Origin: Candidatus Bathyarchaeia archaeon
GTDB lineage: Archaea; Thermoproteota; CALKCG01; B24; JAGTQN01
Reading direction: 5' to 3'
Assembly (NCBI GenBank): GCA_038850515.1
Contig: JAWCLV010000002.1
Coordinates: forward strand, 1,966 to 65,965
DNA: 64,000 bases
Both the position numbers and the translations under genes were made by a program. The notes under the pieces are model-generated. The model ran no database searches and was not told the origin of the DNA. It saw nothing but the letters and a program-made list of their open reading frames with translations. Every line of letters starts with the position of its first letter. The first letter of the stretch is position 1. This document shows, piece by piece, positions 54,404 through 64,000 of the stretch.

Positions 54404-55441
54404 TTACGAAGAAGAGTCCTTCAAAGAACCGAATCCCTGCTTCTCGATGGCCTGGGCGAGGCCAACCATATATCCTATGGCAAAAACCTTTCCTAGCAAA
54501 TAGTAGCCCGAATGTCCTCCAAGGATCCCATCGTATTGCATTTTTGGCGCATGATCTGGCCTCATCGGACCTTCAAAACCTACCTCGTAATAAGCCTTCA
54601 TGGCTTCATACATGTCGACCTGTCCAGATGGATCGTCATGAAAGATCTCCTGAAAACCCCCTGGTGAATGGACCGTTCCTTTGACATTCCTGAAGTGGGC
54701 GAAGAAAATCTTACGTTTCGATCCAAAGTGGCGTATGGCAGCCGGTACATCGGCTCCCATCTCGGCAAAACATCCCTGACAGAAGCATATGCCTACATAA
54801 TCGCTACGCACGAGGCTTAAGAGGCGATCGAAGGCTTCAACACTTCTTAGGATTCTAGGAAATCCTTGGAGGGGCGATATGGGTGGATCATCTGGATGGA
54901 AGGTTATGACGACTCCAGCATCCTCAGCCGTAGGAACAACGTTCTCTAAGAAGTAAGCCATATTCTTCCATACATCTTCCTCCCGATAGGTCCCAAACTT
55001 GCTTGTGGGGGCAACATCCTTTACTAATTCGTAGTCGAAGGCCGTTGAAGTAGCCCCTCCCCTAGTCGGCTTATCCGTCTCCGTCCTCCAAATGGCATTA
55101 GGAACGGGGGGCATGTGCTGGGGCTTTATCACCTTTATGCCAGCCTTCCCAAGGTTCTCGAGGGACTTACAGAAGCTTTCGAGCTGCTCTTCACGGCCTG
55201 GGAGATTGTAGATAATCTTTTCGATCCTAGGTCCGTCTTCGAGAACCTCAAGCCTGAGCCCATGGCTTTCCACATGCCTTTTAAGCTGGAGAAGATCTCC
55301 GTGCTCCCAGACCTCAGAACCCTGTATGAGCGATGGCCCATGCCCTATGACATCCGTACAGCCTAATTGCTTGCTAAGAATTAGGTTTTCTGTCTTGTAG
55401 GCTCCGCCTGGAAGGATTACGGCGAATCTCATCCTAACCAT
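54404..55441 (-). CDS. uxuA: mannonate dehydratase (UxuA)-like xylose-isomerase-fold protein
   Basis: 345 aa. Contains FAHFRNVKG and the overall TIM-barrel pattern of UxuA, recalled from memory. Confidence 0.6.
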   Translation of the reverse strand: MVRMRFAVILPGGAYKTENLILSKQLGCTDVIGHGPSLIQGSEVWEHGDLLQLKRHVESHGLRLEVLEDGPRIEKIIYNLPGREEQLESFCKSLENLGKAGIKVIKPQHMPPVPNAIWRTETDKPTRGGATSTAFDYELVKDVAPTSKFGTYREEDVWKNMAYFLENVVPTAEDAGVVITFHPDDPPISPLQGFPRILRSVEAFDRLLSLVRSDYVGICFCQGCFAEMGADVPAAIRHFGSKRKIFFAHFRNVKGTVHSPGGFQEIFHDDPSGQVDMYEAMKAYYEVGFEGPMRPDHAPKMQYDGILGGHSGYYLLGKVFAIGYMVGLAQAIEKQGFGSLKDSSS

Positions 55442-55565
55442 AGCCCATCGAAGCTAAAATAGGCTTCTAGGAATTAAAAGCTTCACTAGAAATGATTACG
55501 GGGCTCAAAGTTTCATATCCGAAGAATCCTTAAAACTCAGGAAATCGAAGGATGCATGAATTGGC

Positions 55566-56615
55566 TTGAGGACAATAGTCCTTAAAGTGGATCCAAAGAA
55601 TCCAGAGGAAGAAAAAATTAGGGAAGCTGCGAAGGTCATCGAAGCCGGAGGCCTCGTAGCTTTCCCAACCGAAACCGTCTATGGATTGGGAGCCAATGCC
55701 TTAGACCTCAAAGCCGTCCTAAGGATATATGAGGCGAAAAATAGACCCCCCGATAATCCTGTCATAACCCATATAGCCAGTAGGGAGGATGCTTATAGAC
55801 TTGCAAGGGATGTCCCATCGGATGCAGAGAAGCTTATGGATGCCTTCTGGCCCGGTCCCTTAACGCTTCTTTTGAAGAAGGCAAAGGACATTCCAAGGCT
55901 TGGAGGCCTCGACGAAATTACAATAAGAATGCCAGCGAATAAAATAGCCCTTGCCCTGATAGCGGCCTCAAAGCCCCTCGCAGCCCCAAGTGCAAACCTA
56001 TCCGGACGTCCAAGCCCAACGACGGCGGAGCATGTTCTTGAAGACTTGGATGGACGCATAGAGATGATCCTTGACGGAGGTCCTACAGCGGTTGGGGTCG
56101 AATCAACAGTTCTCGACATGACAAAAAAGCCTTATCGAATCCTTAGACCTGGAGGCGTCACCTTGGAGGCTTTGAAGAAGGTTGTAAAGGACGTGGAAGT
56201 TCACCCTGCAGCCTTTGCTAAGGCCCCTACGGATCTAGCGAAGGCTCCGGGGATGAAGTATAGGCATTATGCACCCAGAGCTCCCATGATCCTTGTGGAG
56301 GGAAGGGTTAAGGATATAGTAAGAACGGTCCGGGAACTTGCCTTAAAGTATGGAGGTCAAGGAATAGGTATTATGGCAACCCAAGAAACCGCAAAAAGCT
56401 ATGATACAGGAATCGTAAAAATAGTAGGGAGCAGGTCAGAGCCGACAAGCATAGCCAAAAATCTTTTCAAAACCCTTAGGGAATTTGATCAGGTAGGCGT
56501 CAAGCTCATCATCGCCGAGGGAATAGAGGAAAAGGGCATAGGTCTTGCCATATCGAATAGGCTCAGAAAGGCGGCAGGCTATAACATCGTTAAGGCTAGT
56601 GAGGGAGAAGCCTAA
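55566..56615 (+). CDS. sua5: L-threonylcarbamoyladenylate synthase Sua5 (YrdC domain plus Sua5 C-terminal domain)
   Basis: 349 aa. GGLVAFPTETVYGLGANA, KNRPPDNPVI, SANLSGRPSPT. Confidence 0.9.
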   Translation: MRTIVLKVDPKNPEEEKIREAAKVIEAGGLVAFPTETVYGLGANALDLKAVLRIYEAKNRPPDNPVITHIASREDAYRLARDVPSDAEKLMDAFWPGPLTLLLKKAKDIPRLGGLDEITIRMPANKIALALIAASKPLAAPSANLSGRPSPTTAEHVLEDLDGRIEMILDGGPTAVGVESTVLDMTKKPYRILRPGGVTLEALKKVVKDVEVHPAAFAKAPTDLAKAPGMKYRHYAPRAPMILVEGRVKDIVRTVRELALKYGGQGIGIMATQETAKSYDTGIVKIVGSRSEPTSIAKNLFKTLREFDQVGVKLIIAEGIEEKGIGLAISNRLRKAAGYNIVKASEGEA

Positions 56616-56765
56616 TACGATATCGTCTTCTCGAATAGCCTTATCATGATGGTATGAACTTAAGTCTTCAAGGCCCATGACTTATTATGGAAAAGTAATA
56701 CCTAAATTCAACCACCTTTTCATTGACCGCTAAACTTATATCCGAAACGAATGTCGCCTTCCTAA

Positions 56766-57842
56766 ATGGTGAGGGCTCCTTTGAGGATTAATAAAGTCGA
56801 ATTTTCGCCTGTAAGAGTTCCCTTCGTGTCTTCGATGGATGTCCTTAACAAGGGGGAGAACTCCTTAGCATCAATCCCTAAGATCATAATAAAAGTGCAT
56901 ACGGACGAAGGGATAGTAGGCATAGGGGAAAGCTATAGGGGCGTCTCTGAGGGACATGTCCAGAAAGCTTCCCAGATCCTGATAGGACGGGATCCCTTGG
57001 AAACGAATTTCCAAGAGCTCAGTATGCCCTATGGCTTAGATCATCTCTTCGAACAGGCTATCCTCGACATCGTAGGAAAGGCCCTAAAGATGCCCGTCTA
57101 TAAGCTTCTAGGAGGTGCCTACAGAAAAGAAGTTCCCGTATCTGCTTGGTCCCCCTATCATGGGGAGGATAATCCTGGGAAGGTAGCATCCATAGCAAAG
57201 ATGGCTTTCGATAAGGGCTACAATGTCATAAAACTGAAAGCTTACGGCAAGGTTGTCGAGACCGTCGAGGCCATTCACAAGGCTGTAGGTCCTGAGATGG
57301 CTATCGTCCTCGATCCGAATACAGGCTTTCGTTATCCTTCCACTACGATAAAATTGGCAAGGAAGCTGGAAGGCTATAACATCGTATGCCTCGAAGATCC
57401 CGTTCCCAAGGCAAACCTAGACTGGTACGTCCTTTTAAGGCAGAAGATAGACATTCCTATAGCTCTCCATATATTCGGGACTGATATCGTAAATGCCCTA
57501 AGGAAAGGAGCTTGCGACATTATCAATACTGGCGGGACTATGTACGAGTTTAAAAAGAATGCCGCAATAGCTGAACTTGCGGGCATACCCGTCTGGCATG
57601 GCTCAGGGAACGACCTTGGTATTTTAGAGGCTAGCTATCTCCACGCATGCGCTGCCACCAAGAACGCAACCCTTACGAGCGATATCTTCGGCGAGTTCTG
57701 TCGTGTTGATGATCTGATCGAGGAGCCCATACACATCGAAAAAGGATTGGCAAGGGTCCCCCAAGAGCCGGGCCTTGGGGTTAAGTTGGATGAAAGGGCA
57801 CTCCTACGGCATAAAGCCGGTGATACAAAAATTGTATCCTAG
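56766..57842 (+). CDS. enolase-superfamily enzyme (mandelate racemase/muconate lactonizing family)
   Basis: 358 aa. VHTDEGIVGIGES, KLKAYG, LDPNTG and LEDP give the metal-ligand spacing. Confidence 0.8.
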   Translation: MVRAPLRINKVEFSPVRVPFVSSMDVLNKGENSLASIPKIIIKVHTDEGIVGIGESYRGVSEGHVQKASQILIGRDPLETNFQELSMPYGLDHLFEQAILDIVGKALKMPVYKLLGGAYRKEVPVSAWSPYHGEDNPGKVASIAKMAFDKGYNVIKLKAYGKVVETVEAIHKAVGPEMAIVLDPNTGFRYPSTTIKLARKLEGYNIVCLEDPVPKANLDWYVLLRQKIDIPIALHIFGTDIVNALRKGACDIINTGGTMYEFKKNAAIAELAGIPVWHGSGNDLGILEASYLHACAATKNATLTSDIFGEFCRVDDLIEEPIHIEKGLARVPQEPGLGVKLDERALLRHKAGDTKIVS

Positions 57843-58141
57843 AATTTATTCTTAGTTTTAATTCTCTCCCAGATCAATTGGAACTCATGAAAATTTTCTT
57901 CCATAAAATCTGACAAAATGTAAACTGCTCCATATCTACCTTCTTTTTCAACTGTAATAAGCCTATTTTCCATGAGAATGTTGAGATGATGTTTCACGGT
58001 TTTATAATCAAGATTAAGAACCTTTGTTAGCTGATTCGCGTTATAAGGCCTCTCCTTAAGGGCTTTTATTATCTCAGCCCTAGTTTCCCCTCCTTTTGTA
58101 CCTGCGAGAAGGTACCAGAGGAGGCGTCTTGGATAGGACAC
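57839..58141 (-). CDS. ArsR-type winged-helix transcriptional regulator
   Basis: 100 aa. RAEIIKALKERPYNANQLTKVLNLDYKTVKHHLNILMENRLI. Confidence 0.7.
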   Translation of the reverse strand: MSYPRRLLWYLLAGTKGGETRAEIIKALKERPYNANQLTKVLNLDYKTVKHHLNILMENRLITVEKEGRYGAVYILSDFMEENFHEFQLIWERIKTKNKF

Positions 58142-58386
58142 TTTTTATCGCCATTAAATTTTTAAAAGTTCTAATAAAGATAATCATGAGCCCTTAAGGC
58201 TAATTTTCAGCTCTATCTGAAATTCTTCTTTAGCTTAGAATCTTCATGAAAAATCTTAGTTTGAGAATTCATGCTATCTTTGAATGACGCATCGTATATT
58301 AGAATGAATTTTAGCATTCTAAAGCCTTCGTACAAAAACAAATGTCAATAAGTAAGGAGAACGGTTTAAGCCTCACGTATAAACAA

Positions 58387-59595
58387 CTATTCGTAACGTA
58401 AAGCCTCTACGGGTGAAAGCCTTGAAGCCCTAAAGGCTGGAAGGAATCCTCCCGCTATTCCCACAGCTATAGACATCAAGACAGCCGTGGCTACAAGTTC
58501 TGGAGTAATAATTGGATTCGCAACGATCGATACTCCTTCAATTATCATCAGAGCCCTCCTTGTAAGAATGTATGATCCAAGGATGCCAGTTGCCACACCG
58601 GCCGTTCCTCCGATAAAGCCCATGATCAAACTCTCAGAAAGGATGAGGATGAGGATCTGAAAATTCGTAAAACCAACAGCCTTCATAACCCCTATCTCCC
58701 TAGTCCTTTCCATAACGGATGTGAACATCGTAGCCATAATTCCTGTAATTGCCACAGCAAAGCTTATTGACGACGTTGAGAACAAAAGAACGTCGAGGAT
58801 TTTCATGATATTATCTACAGTCTTAGCGATCTGTTTGATGGATATTACTTCAAAGTAATCTCCATAGAGTTCCCGTATCCTGCTTACGATGTACTCGACC
58901 CTATCAGGACTTCCAGCCACAAGAAATATTCCCGTATACTTCTTCTGACCAAGAACTGAGGGACCCGAATCAAGAGGCAGAAAGATCGATCGATCTGGAT
59001 TTACGATCATCATAGTACCATAGGGCTTTAGTATGCCCGATATCCTCAAACTAGCGATCTTAATCTTCACAGATTCACCTTCGATAATTGGTACTCGAAG
59101 GGTTATGGGAGATCCAACCTTGTAAAGCTTTGTACCGCTTCGCCTAGATATGGAAAGCTCAGATCCGAGGAGACACGATGTATAGGCTCTAGATGCCGGT
59201 ACTATACCTTCCTCAACTTCCAAACCGCCGATGGCTTTCATAAGAACCGTAAGATCTATAGCGTAGGTTTGAACCCTGACCTCTTCGCCATCAGGCTTTC
59301 GAATCTCTCCCATGCTCTGATAGAAAGGCGTAATGTACGCTACGCCTAATATTCTTCTTAGTCTATCGATGTCCGTTTGGGAAATTTCAAAACCCTTAGA
59401 AGGGAATAGGACTATCGTATTCTGACCTAGGGATGTGAGCTGGTTGGAAATAAAGTTCGTGTAACCTCGAGTTGCTCCTACGATTGAAACAAGGGCTGCA
59501 GGACCTATCATGATTCCCAAAATCGTTAGAATTGCCCTAATCCTACGCTCCTTTAGAATACTTAGGGATAAGCTAACGACATCAGGGATTCTCAA
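58387..59595 (-). CDS. ABC transporter permease, FtsX/MacB-like
   Basis: 402 aa. N-terminal TM segment, a large extracytoplasmic loop, and three C-terminal TM segments with the FtsX-like signature. Confidence 0.85.
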   Translation of the reverse strand: MRIPDVVSLSLSILKERRIRAILTILGIMIGPAALVSIVGATRGYTNFISNQLTSLGQNTIVLFPSKGFEISQTDIDRLRRILGVAYITPFYQSMGEIRKPDGEEVRVQTYAIDLTVLMKAIGGLEVEEGIVPASRAYTSCLLGSELSISRRSGTKLYKVGSPITLRVPIIEGESVKIKIASLRISGILKPYGTMMIVNPDRSIFLPLDSGPSVLGQKKYTGIFLVAGSPDRVEYIVSRIRELYGDYFEVISIKQIAKTVDNIMKILDVLLFSTSSISFAVAITGIMATMFTSVMERTREIGVMKAVGFTNFQILILILSESLIMGFIGGTAGVATGILGSYILTRRALMIIEGVSIVANPIITPELVATAVLMSIAVGIAGGFLPAFRASRLSPVEALRYE

Positions 59596-59888
59596 GGCCT
59601 AACTACCTTCATTCTCCTTTTTTTAATTCTCTTCCTCTGGATTAAAATTTCCCATGAGGACAGAGGACCTGAATTCATTCGCCAAAAATCGATCGTCTTC
59701 ATAAGATTTGAAAAGGGCTTTTCGATAAAGAAGATACGACTTGTTGATTTAGGGATAGGGTGGAGTGAGAAGGACTAGAGCCTTTTGGTCTCTTCTTAAA
59801 GTTCGGATTAAAATCTTGTAATTTCTAACATTCTTTCCATGCAATGCCGATCGCTCAAAAGAATCTTCCTTTAACCTAAACTCGTCCA

Positions 59889-62800
59889 TTAACTTCTTAA
59901 TTTCATGCGCCTCACATACCTAAGAATCAAGTAGCCCATAACCACCAAGAAAGCGGAGGCTATGGCTATAGGCGCTATTCTATAGAGTAGTTCCTCCAGG
60001 GATGGCTGGGGAGGTTTTGGAAGTTCGCCAACTTCAATCTTAGCCGCGTAAGTCTGATGATAGCTTCCGCCATACTCATCCATATAGTCGGCTCCAATGA
60101 ATAAGGTATAGGAGCCTATGTCCGTCATAACTTCAGCTTCGAGTATGAAGGGCATTTGGGCATCTGGATCCACGTTGCCCAGATACTGGCTTGATTCCTG
60201 CTTAAGTCTAAGCTCCTCGCATTCTTTTAGGTAAACGCTTACATGCTTTGCTGTTTCCCTTCCTATATTGAGCAAAAGCCCCGAAATAGTAATCCTCGCA
60301 CCCTTATAAGCGGGCGATGGTACAACGGTCAAGTCGAGGAGCTTAAACTCAATCCTCCCCTTTACGTTTACCAAAAACGTAGCGTTGTATCTCCTGCTAT
60401 AGCCATAGCAGTCCTTAAAGGATATCATGGCCACAGCCGTCAAGGCTCCTTTATAGGGAGCATTAGGGTTTCCATAGGCTTGGGTTTCAGCTATTATAGA
60501 ATTCCCTGCCTCTATCCTTGGAATGTAGAATACCTGTTTCTCCAAAGAGACTCCAGGAGGCATATTAAGGAATATGAAGTATACATCGTAGGCAGGAGAA
60601 GAGCCTCGATTCACGATTCGAACTGAGAAGTTTCCACATCCCCCCACTGGCACATCTGTAGCTATAGGCTCTACATCGATCAGCTTTATTGAGCCAAGAA
60701 GATAAAGGCTACAGTTAACAACCACACTTTGCGGAGTATTCCATTGATCAAGGAAACTTACTCTTAAATTGAAGGCATGAATGCCTGGTATGGCTGAAGG
60801 ATCTATCGTAACCGGGACGACGAAGTATAGGTAATCGCCTAGATTAAAAGCAGCCCTTGGTTGTACTTCGAAGGGAATAGTAGGCGGTATTATTCCTGAA
60901 GTAAAGAACTGGGATGGAAGGGCTCCCGCTAGGCTTACGGAGGCAAAGCGTCCCTTCGCTTCTCCAGTCGTCGAGACTATGAATCCCTCGGGCAATTCAA
61001 CATCGCCTACTACGCCCATCATGGATGGGATCTCAAGGTTCCTTAGAAGGATAACGAGCTGTATGCCCGTATCGCCCGGACCAGCGCTCGTACCATACCA
61101 AAGGCTTTGGACGAACTCAAGGCCTCCCTCCAGAGTATTGAGAGTTACATTGAACGCATAGCTCTCGTTAAGTCTTATCCCATATCCTCCGCTTTCGAGT
61201 AGGTAATCGCATGAAGCCTCTAGGGTATAGGTTCCGGGATGAGCACTTTTATCTATAGAAATCGTCATGTCTACGTTCCTCGAAGCGGACCTTGCTATGG
61301 CTCCGGGCGCATAAATCTTCGATGCATCGCCTTTCGCTGCGAAGCCTTCTGGGAACTTCATTCTAAGGAGAAGACCAGATATGGTATATGGAGCCCTATT
61401 CACGAAGGTCAAGGTCAGGGTTACATTCTCATCCCCTGGATAGACTGGCTGACCTTGTCCCCAATCTACGGATGCCAATTCCAAATACCCGTAGCCTATG
61501 GGTGGCTGATCAAGCTTGACATTCGAAGAGAAGACCTTAAGCCTCCGTAAAGATGCGCCAGCATAAATAACTGAATACTCCAATTTGAAGGATATGTTAT
61601 AGAATCCAGGCTTAGCCTTTGGATCTATGTCAACCTCTATTGTGGCGGTAGCTATGGAACCGGGATTCATAGTCATAGAAACGGATGTTCTCGGGCTTTG
61701 GGAAGGCATCATCCCTGAAGGCAAGTCATACTCGACGGTCAATCCGTAGGCCGTACGCCTTCCTCTATTGACCAATTCCAATGTCAGGGGCGCATCCTGT
61801 ACGCCTGGTATGGCATCCATAGGGTTATTGGGAGAGCCCCAGTAAACGGATATGAGCTCTATGGAGGTATCGATGCTAGAGGCATCGTAAATCTCGATAG
61901 GGATACTGAGGCTTTCCGTAGAAATGGAGCCGCTTCCGCCGGTTTCTAGGATGTATTCTAGCCTTAATGTTAGCCTATACGAACCTGGCTGAAGCCCATC
62001 GGATAGGTCAAAGGTAGCCGTTATAGAGGCAGATCCTCCCGGAGCGATAGGTTGCAAATTCCCTGGTCTAAGGGCTTTCACCTTAAAGCCTGATGGCGCC
62101 TCAATACGTATCGATGAAGCTGAGATCGCGTATTCTCCAAGGTTCACGAGGCTGATCGCCAAATCTATATTCTCAGCTCCGGCAATCGGGGCTATGGGAT
62201 CGCCTCCATAGCTCCAAGATAAGCCAGAAAGAGCCAAAGATCCCGTTCTATGCGTATAGATGGGCATTCGAACTGCAACCTCGCCGTACTTACTTCTCAC
62301 AAGCTTTCCCTCCAAGTTGAAAGTATATTCGATACTAATCATGCCGGAAGGCGTAAGGATTGAATCTTGGGCTCTATACCTTTCCGCTATATCGGAGGAT
62401 ACATAGATGCCCCTGAATATAGCCGTCCCATATCCTCCAATAGGAATCGTTCCTAGGATGTCGTTTAGGGCATTCTCAGAATACCTTCCGAAAAGACCTG
62501 TGGGAAGTCTCAAGGTTGCCACAACCCCCGTCAGGTCGTAGTTATCCAAGTTTAAGACCTGTATCGTGAAGCTTAGGTCCCTAGATCCAGGCAAGGCAAG
62601 CTCGGATTCTCCAGGCTCCCCCCAAAAACTGTTCACGATAGCCAGTTTGATCGAAGGGACTGGATCAATATATAAGGCGACCTTTAAACCATTTTGTAAG
62701 CCCCTTGAGCCATCATAAAGGACATATTGGACCGTTAGATTAGCCTCGTATTTTCCAGGAGTTATATCCTCCGCGACATCTATCTGATACGCAAGCGTAA

Positions 62801-63125
62801 ACGTATCCCCTGGTCTCGCCGTCCCACTCCAAGAAGATGTCGCCCTAGGCTCTCCATATACGCTACTAAATCCTTCAGGCAACCCCAGAGTCCCTGTCGC
62901 GCCCGTAATGTTTGAGCTTAGCTCGTTTCTTAAAACGACAGTTAGGATATTGGACTGGGTCCCCGGATATGCCTTCACTGGATTCCTTGGACTCCCCCAG
63001 TAGGAATCTATGACCGTAATAGCCTCATTTCCCAAAGTCCTTTGCCCAATAGGAAGCCAAGCTGCGAATACGAAGGAAACCATAAGCACAAGGCTGAAAA
63101 TCTTCAGCATTTCGTACTTCCTCAT
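59889..63125 (-). CDS. large secreted/surface-anchored protein with tandem CARDB/COG1361-like beta-sandwich repeats
   Basis: 1078 aa. N-terminal signal-like hydrophobic segment and a C-terminal TM anchor followed by RYVRRMKLRS. At least six repeats of the pattern (S/V)xWG...P(G)...L(x)LxNxG...LPxGF. Confidence 0.7.
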   Translation of the reverse strand: MRKYEMLKIFSLVLMVSFVFAAWLPIGQRTLGNEAITVIDSYWGSPRNPVKAYPGTQSNILTVVLRNELSSNITGATGTLGLPEGFSSVYGEPRATSSWSGTARPGDTFTLAYQIDVAEDITPGKYEANLTVQYVLYDGSRGLQNGLKVALYIDPVPSIKLAIVNSFWGEPGESELALPGSRDLSFTIQVLNLDNYDLTGVVATLRLPTGLFGRYSENALNDILGTIPIGGYGTAIFRGIYVSSDIAERYRAQDSILTPSGMISIEYTFNLEGKLVRSKYGEVAVRMPIYTHRTGSLALSGLSWSYGGDPIAPIAGAENIDLAISLVNLGEYAISASSIRIEAPSGFKVKALRPGNLQPIAPGGSASITATFDLSDGLQPGSYRLTLRLEYILETGGSGSISTESLSIPIEIYDASSIDTSIELISVYWGSPNNPMDAIPGVQDAPLTLELVNRGRRTAYGLTVEYDLPSGMMPSQSPRTSVSMTMNPGSIATATIEVDIDPKAKPGFYNISFKLEYSVIYAGASLRRLKVFSSNVKLDQPPIGYGYLELASVDWGQGQPVYPGDENVTLTLTFVNRAPYTISGLLLRMKFPEGFAAKGDASKIYAPGAIARSASRNVDMTISIDKSAHPGTYTLEASCDYLLESGGYGIRLNESYAFNVTLNTLEGGLEFVQSLWYGTSAGPGDTGIQLVILLRNLEIPSMMGVVGDVELPEGFIVSTTGEAKGRFASVSLAGALPSQFFTSGIIPPTIPFEVQPRAAFNLGDYLYFVVPVTIDPSAIPGIHAFNLRVSFLDQWNTPQSVVVNCSLYLLGSIKLIDVEPIATDVPVGGCGNFSVRIVNRGSSPAYDVYFIFLNMPPGVSLEKQVFYIPRIEAGNSIIAETQAYGNPNAPYKGALTAVAMISFKDCYGYSRRYNATFLVNVKGRIEFKLLDLTVVPSPAYKGARITISGLLLNIGRETAKHVSVYLKECEELRLKQESSQYLGNVDPDAQMPFILEAEVMTDIGSYTLFIGADYMDEYGGSYHQTYAAKIEVGELPKPPQPSLEELLYRIAPIAIASAFLVVMGYLILRYVRRMKLRS

Positions 63126-63847
63126 ATCCTTCTCTCCTCATCGACGATTTTTCCATCTTTGATATATACGATCCTTTCAGCCTCGTAGGCTACGCTTTTG
63201 TTATGGGTAACAACAACGATCGTCTTTCCCTCCTTGTTAAGTTTTCTGAATAATCCGAGGATTTCGGCTTCAGTCTTAGAATCCAAGGAGCCAGTAGGTT
63301 CATCAGCCATGATAATCTTTGGATCGTGAACAATGGCCCTTGCAAGAGCAACCCTCTGTTGCTGCCCCCCTGAAAGCTGGTTTGGCCTTTTCTCAAACCA
63401 ATCTTCACCCTCGACCTTGAAGAGGGCTTCCATGGCAAGTCGCCTGCGTTCGTTTCTAGGCATCCCCCTCGGAATCAAGGGAAGCTCTATGTTCTCTAAA
63501 ACTGTCATCCTATTTATTAGATTGAAATACTGAAAGACAAAGCCTATCTTGATGCCCCTTAAGTCGGCTAGCTCTTTGTCAGAAAGCTTGCTCGTATCGG
63601 CTCCATCGATGAGAACCTTTCCTGATGATGGACGTTCTAAGAGGCCCATGATGTGGAGTAGTGTGGACTTCCCATGACCCGAAGGGCCCATGACTGCGAG
63701 ATATTCTCCTTCTCTGACCGATAGGCTTACACCTCTTAAGGCCCATGTTTCCACCGATTCGGAAAGCTTGTAGACTTTCGTTACATCGATAACATCCACT
63801 ACCGATTTTGCGGATTGGGACAAATCTCCATTCCCTTTCGTTTTCAA
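63122..63847 (-). CDS. ABC transporter ATP-binding protein (MacB/LolD-like)
   Basis: 241 aa. Walker A GPSGHGKST, signature LSGGQQQR, Walker B IIMADEPT. Shares a 4-nt overlap with the downstream 1078-aa gene. Confidence 0.9.
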   Translation of the reverse strand: MKTKGNGDLSQSAKSVVDVIDVTKVYKLSESVETWALRGVSLSVREGEYLAVMGPSGHGKSTLLHIMGLLERPSSGKVLIDGADTSKLSDKELADLRGIKIGFVFQYFNLINRMTVLENIELPLIPRGMPRNERRRLAMEALFKVEGEDWFEKRPNQLSGGQQQRVALARAIVHDPKIIMADEPTGSLDSKTEAEILGLFRKLNKEGKTIVVVTHNKSVAYEAERIVYIKDGKIVDEERRI

Positions 63848-64000
63848 AAAAGCTTTCTCTGCGATTATATGAAGGTTTGGGATCTCCGCAATTTCTCTTC
63901 GGCTAGAGGCATGTAGAGGATTTAAAGTTAATCCGTTCGTTAATGAATCTTCTTACGATTTGTCTGATGCTATTTTCTTATATTTTTCGCAATGCATGCT

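Noticed and set aside
20130-63847. Numerous antisense or overlapping ORFs of 60-150 aa in the track (for example 26778-27107, 47785-48243, 60243-60626)
   Set aside because: Each lies inside a longer ORF on the other strand or in another frame that has clear family motifs. None has motifs of its own.

Overview
Archaeal chromosomal segment, about 48% GC and densely coding on both strands. The lineage looks like the TACK group (Thermoproteota, possibly Bathyarchaeia-like), but I cannot name the organism. The archaeal assignment rests on these markers: a cdvB-cdvA-cdvB-cdvC (ESCRT-III/Vps4) division cluster, ribosomal protein eS25, DGGGP synthase and geranylgeranyl reductase (ether lipids), Hjc resolvase, archaeal myo-inositol-1-phosphate synthase, CofE (F420), ATP-dependent DNA ligase, Trm5, Sua5, and three tRNA genes that each carry more than one bulge-helix-bulge (BHB) intron.

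Two features stand out.

(1) Hydrogenase locus, 1383-8093. NuoE/NuoF-type diaphorase genes are followed by a [NiFe] large subunit. The [NiFe] small subunit is split and interleaved with the domains of an [FeFe]-hydrogenase-like protein. One ORF (3939-4619) joins the 2Fe-2S and His-ligated 4Fe-4S [FeFe]/HoxU N-terminus to the C-terminal half of the small subunit. Another ORF (6067-7587) joins the small-subunit N-terminal half to a 2x[4Fe-4S] ferredoxin and a truncated H-cluster domain carrying the GCxxGGGQP motif. An endopeptidase gene and NfnAB-like genes follow.

(2) The protein-L-isoaspartate methyltransferase gene. It is interrupted by a 31-nt element (50976-51006) that folds into a BHB motif. 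Excision at the predicted sites restores the frame and creates the conserved SAPHMV motif, so this is a candidate protein-coding (mRNA) intron.

Other items: a methanogen-type (type 2) seryl-tRNA synthetase; two HEPN/nucleotidyltransferase pairs; two paralogous sub-60-aa ribbon-helix-helix genes missing from the ORF track; an ABC transporter operon that includes a 1078-aa repeat-domain surface protein; scattered sugar-acid dehydratase and lactonase genes; and an ~850-bp ORF-free stretch (33.6-34.45 kb) of unknown nature whose base composition is unlike the other spacers. No rRNA genes, CRISPR arrays, transposases or integrases were recognised.

All family assignments come from motif recognition by eye and memory. 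No searches were run.
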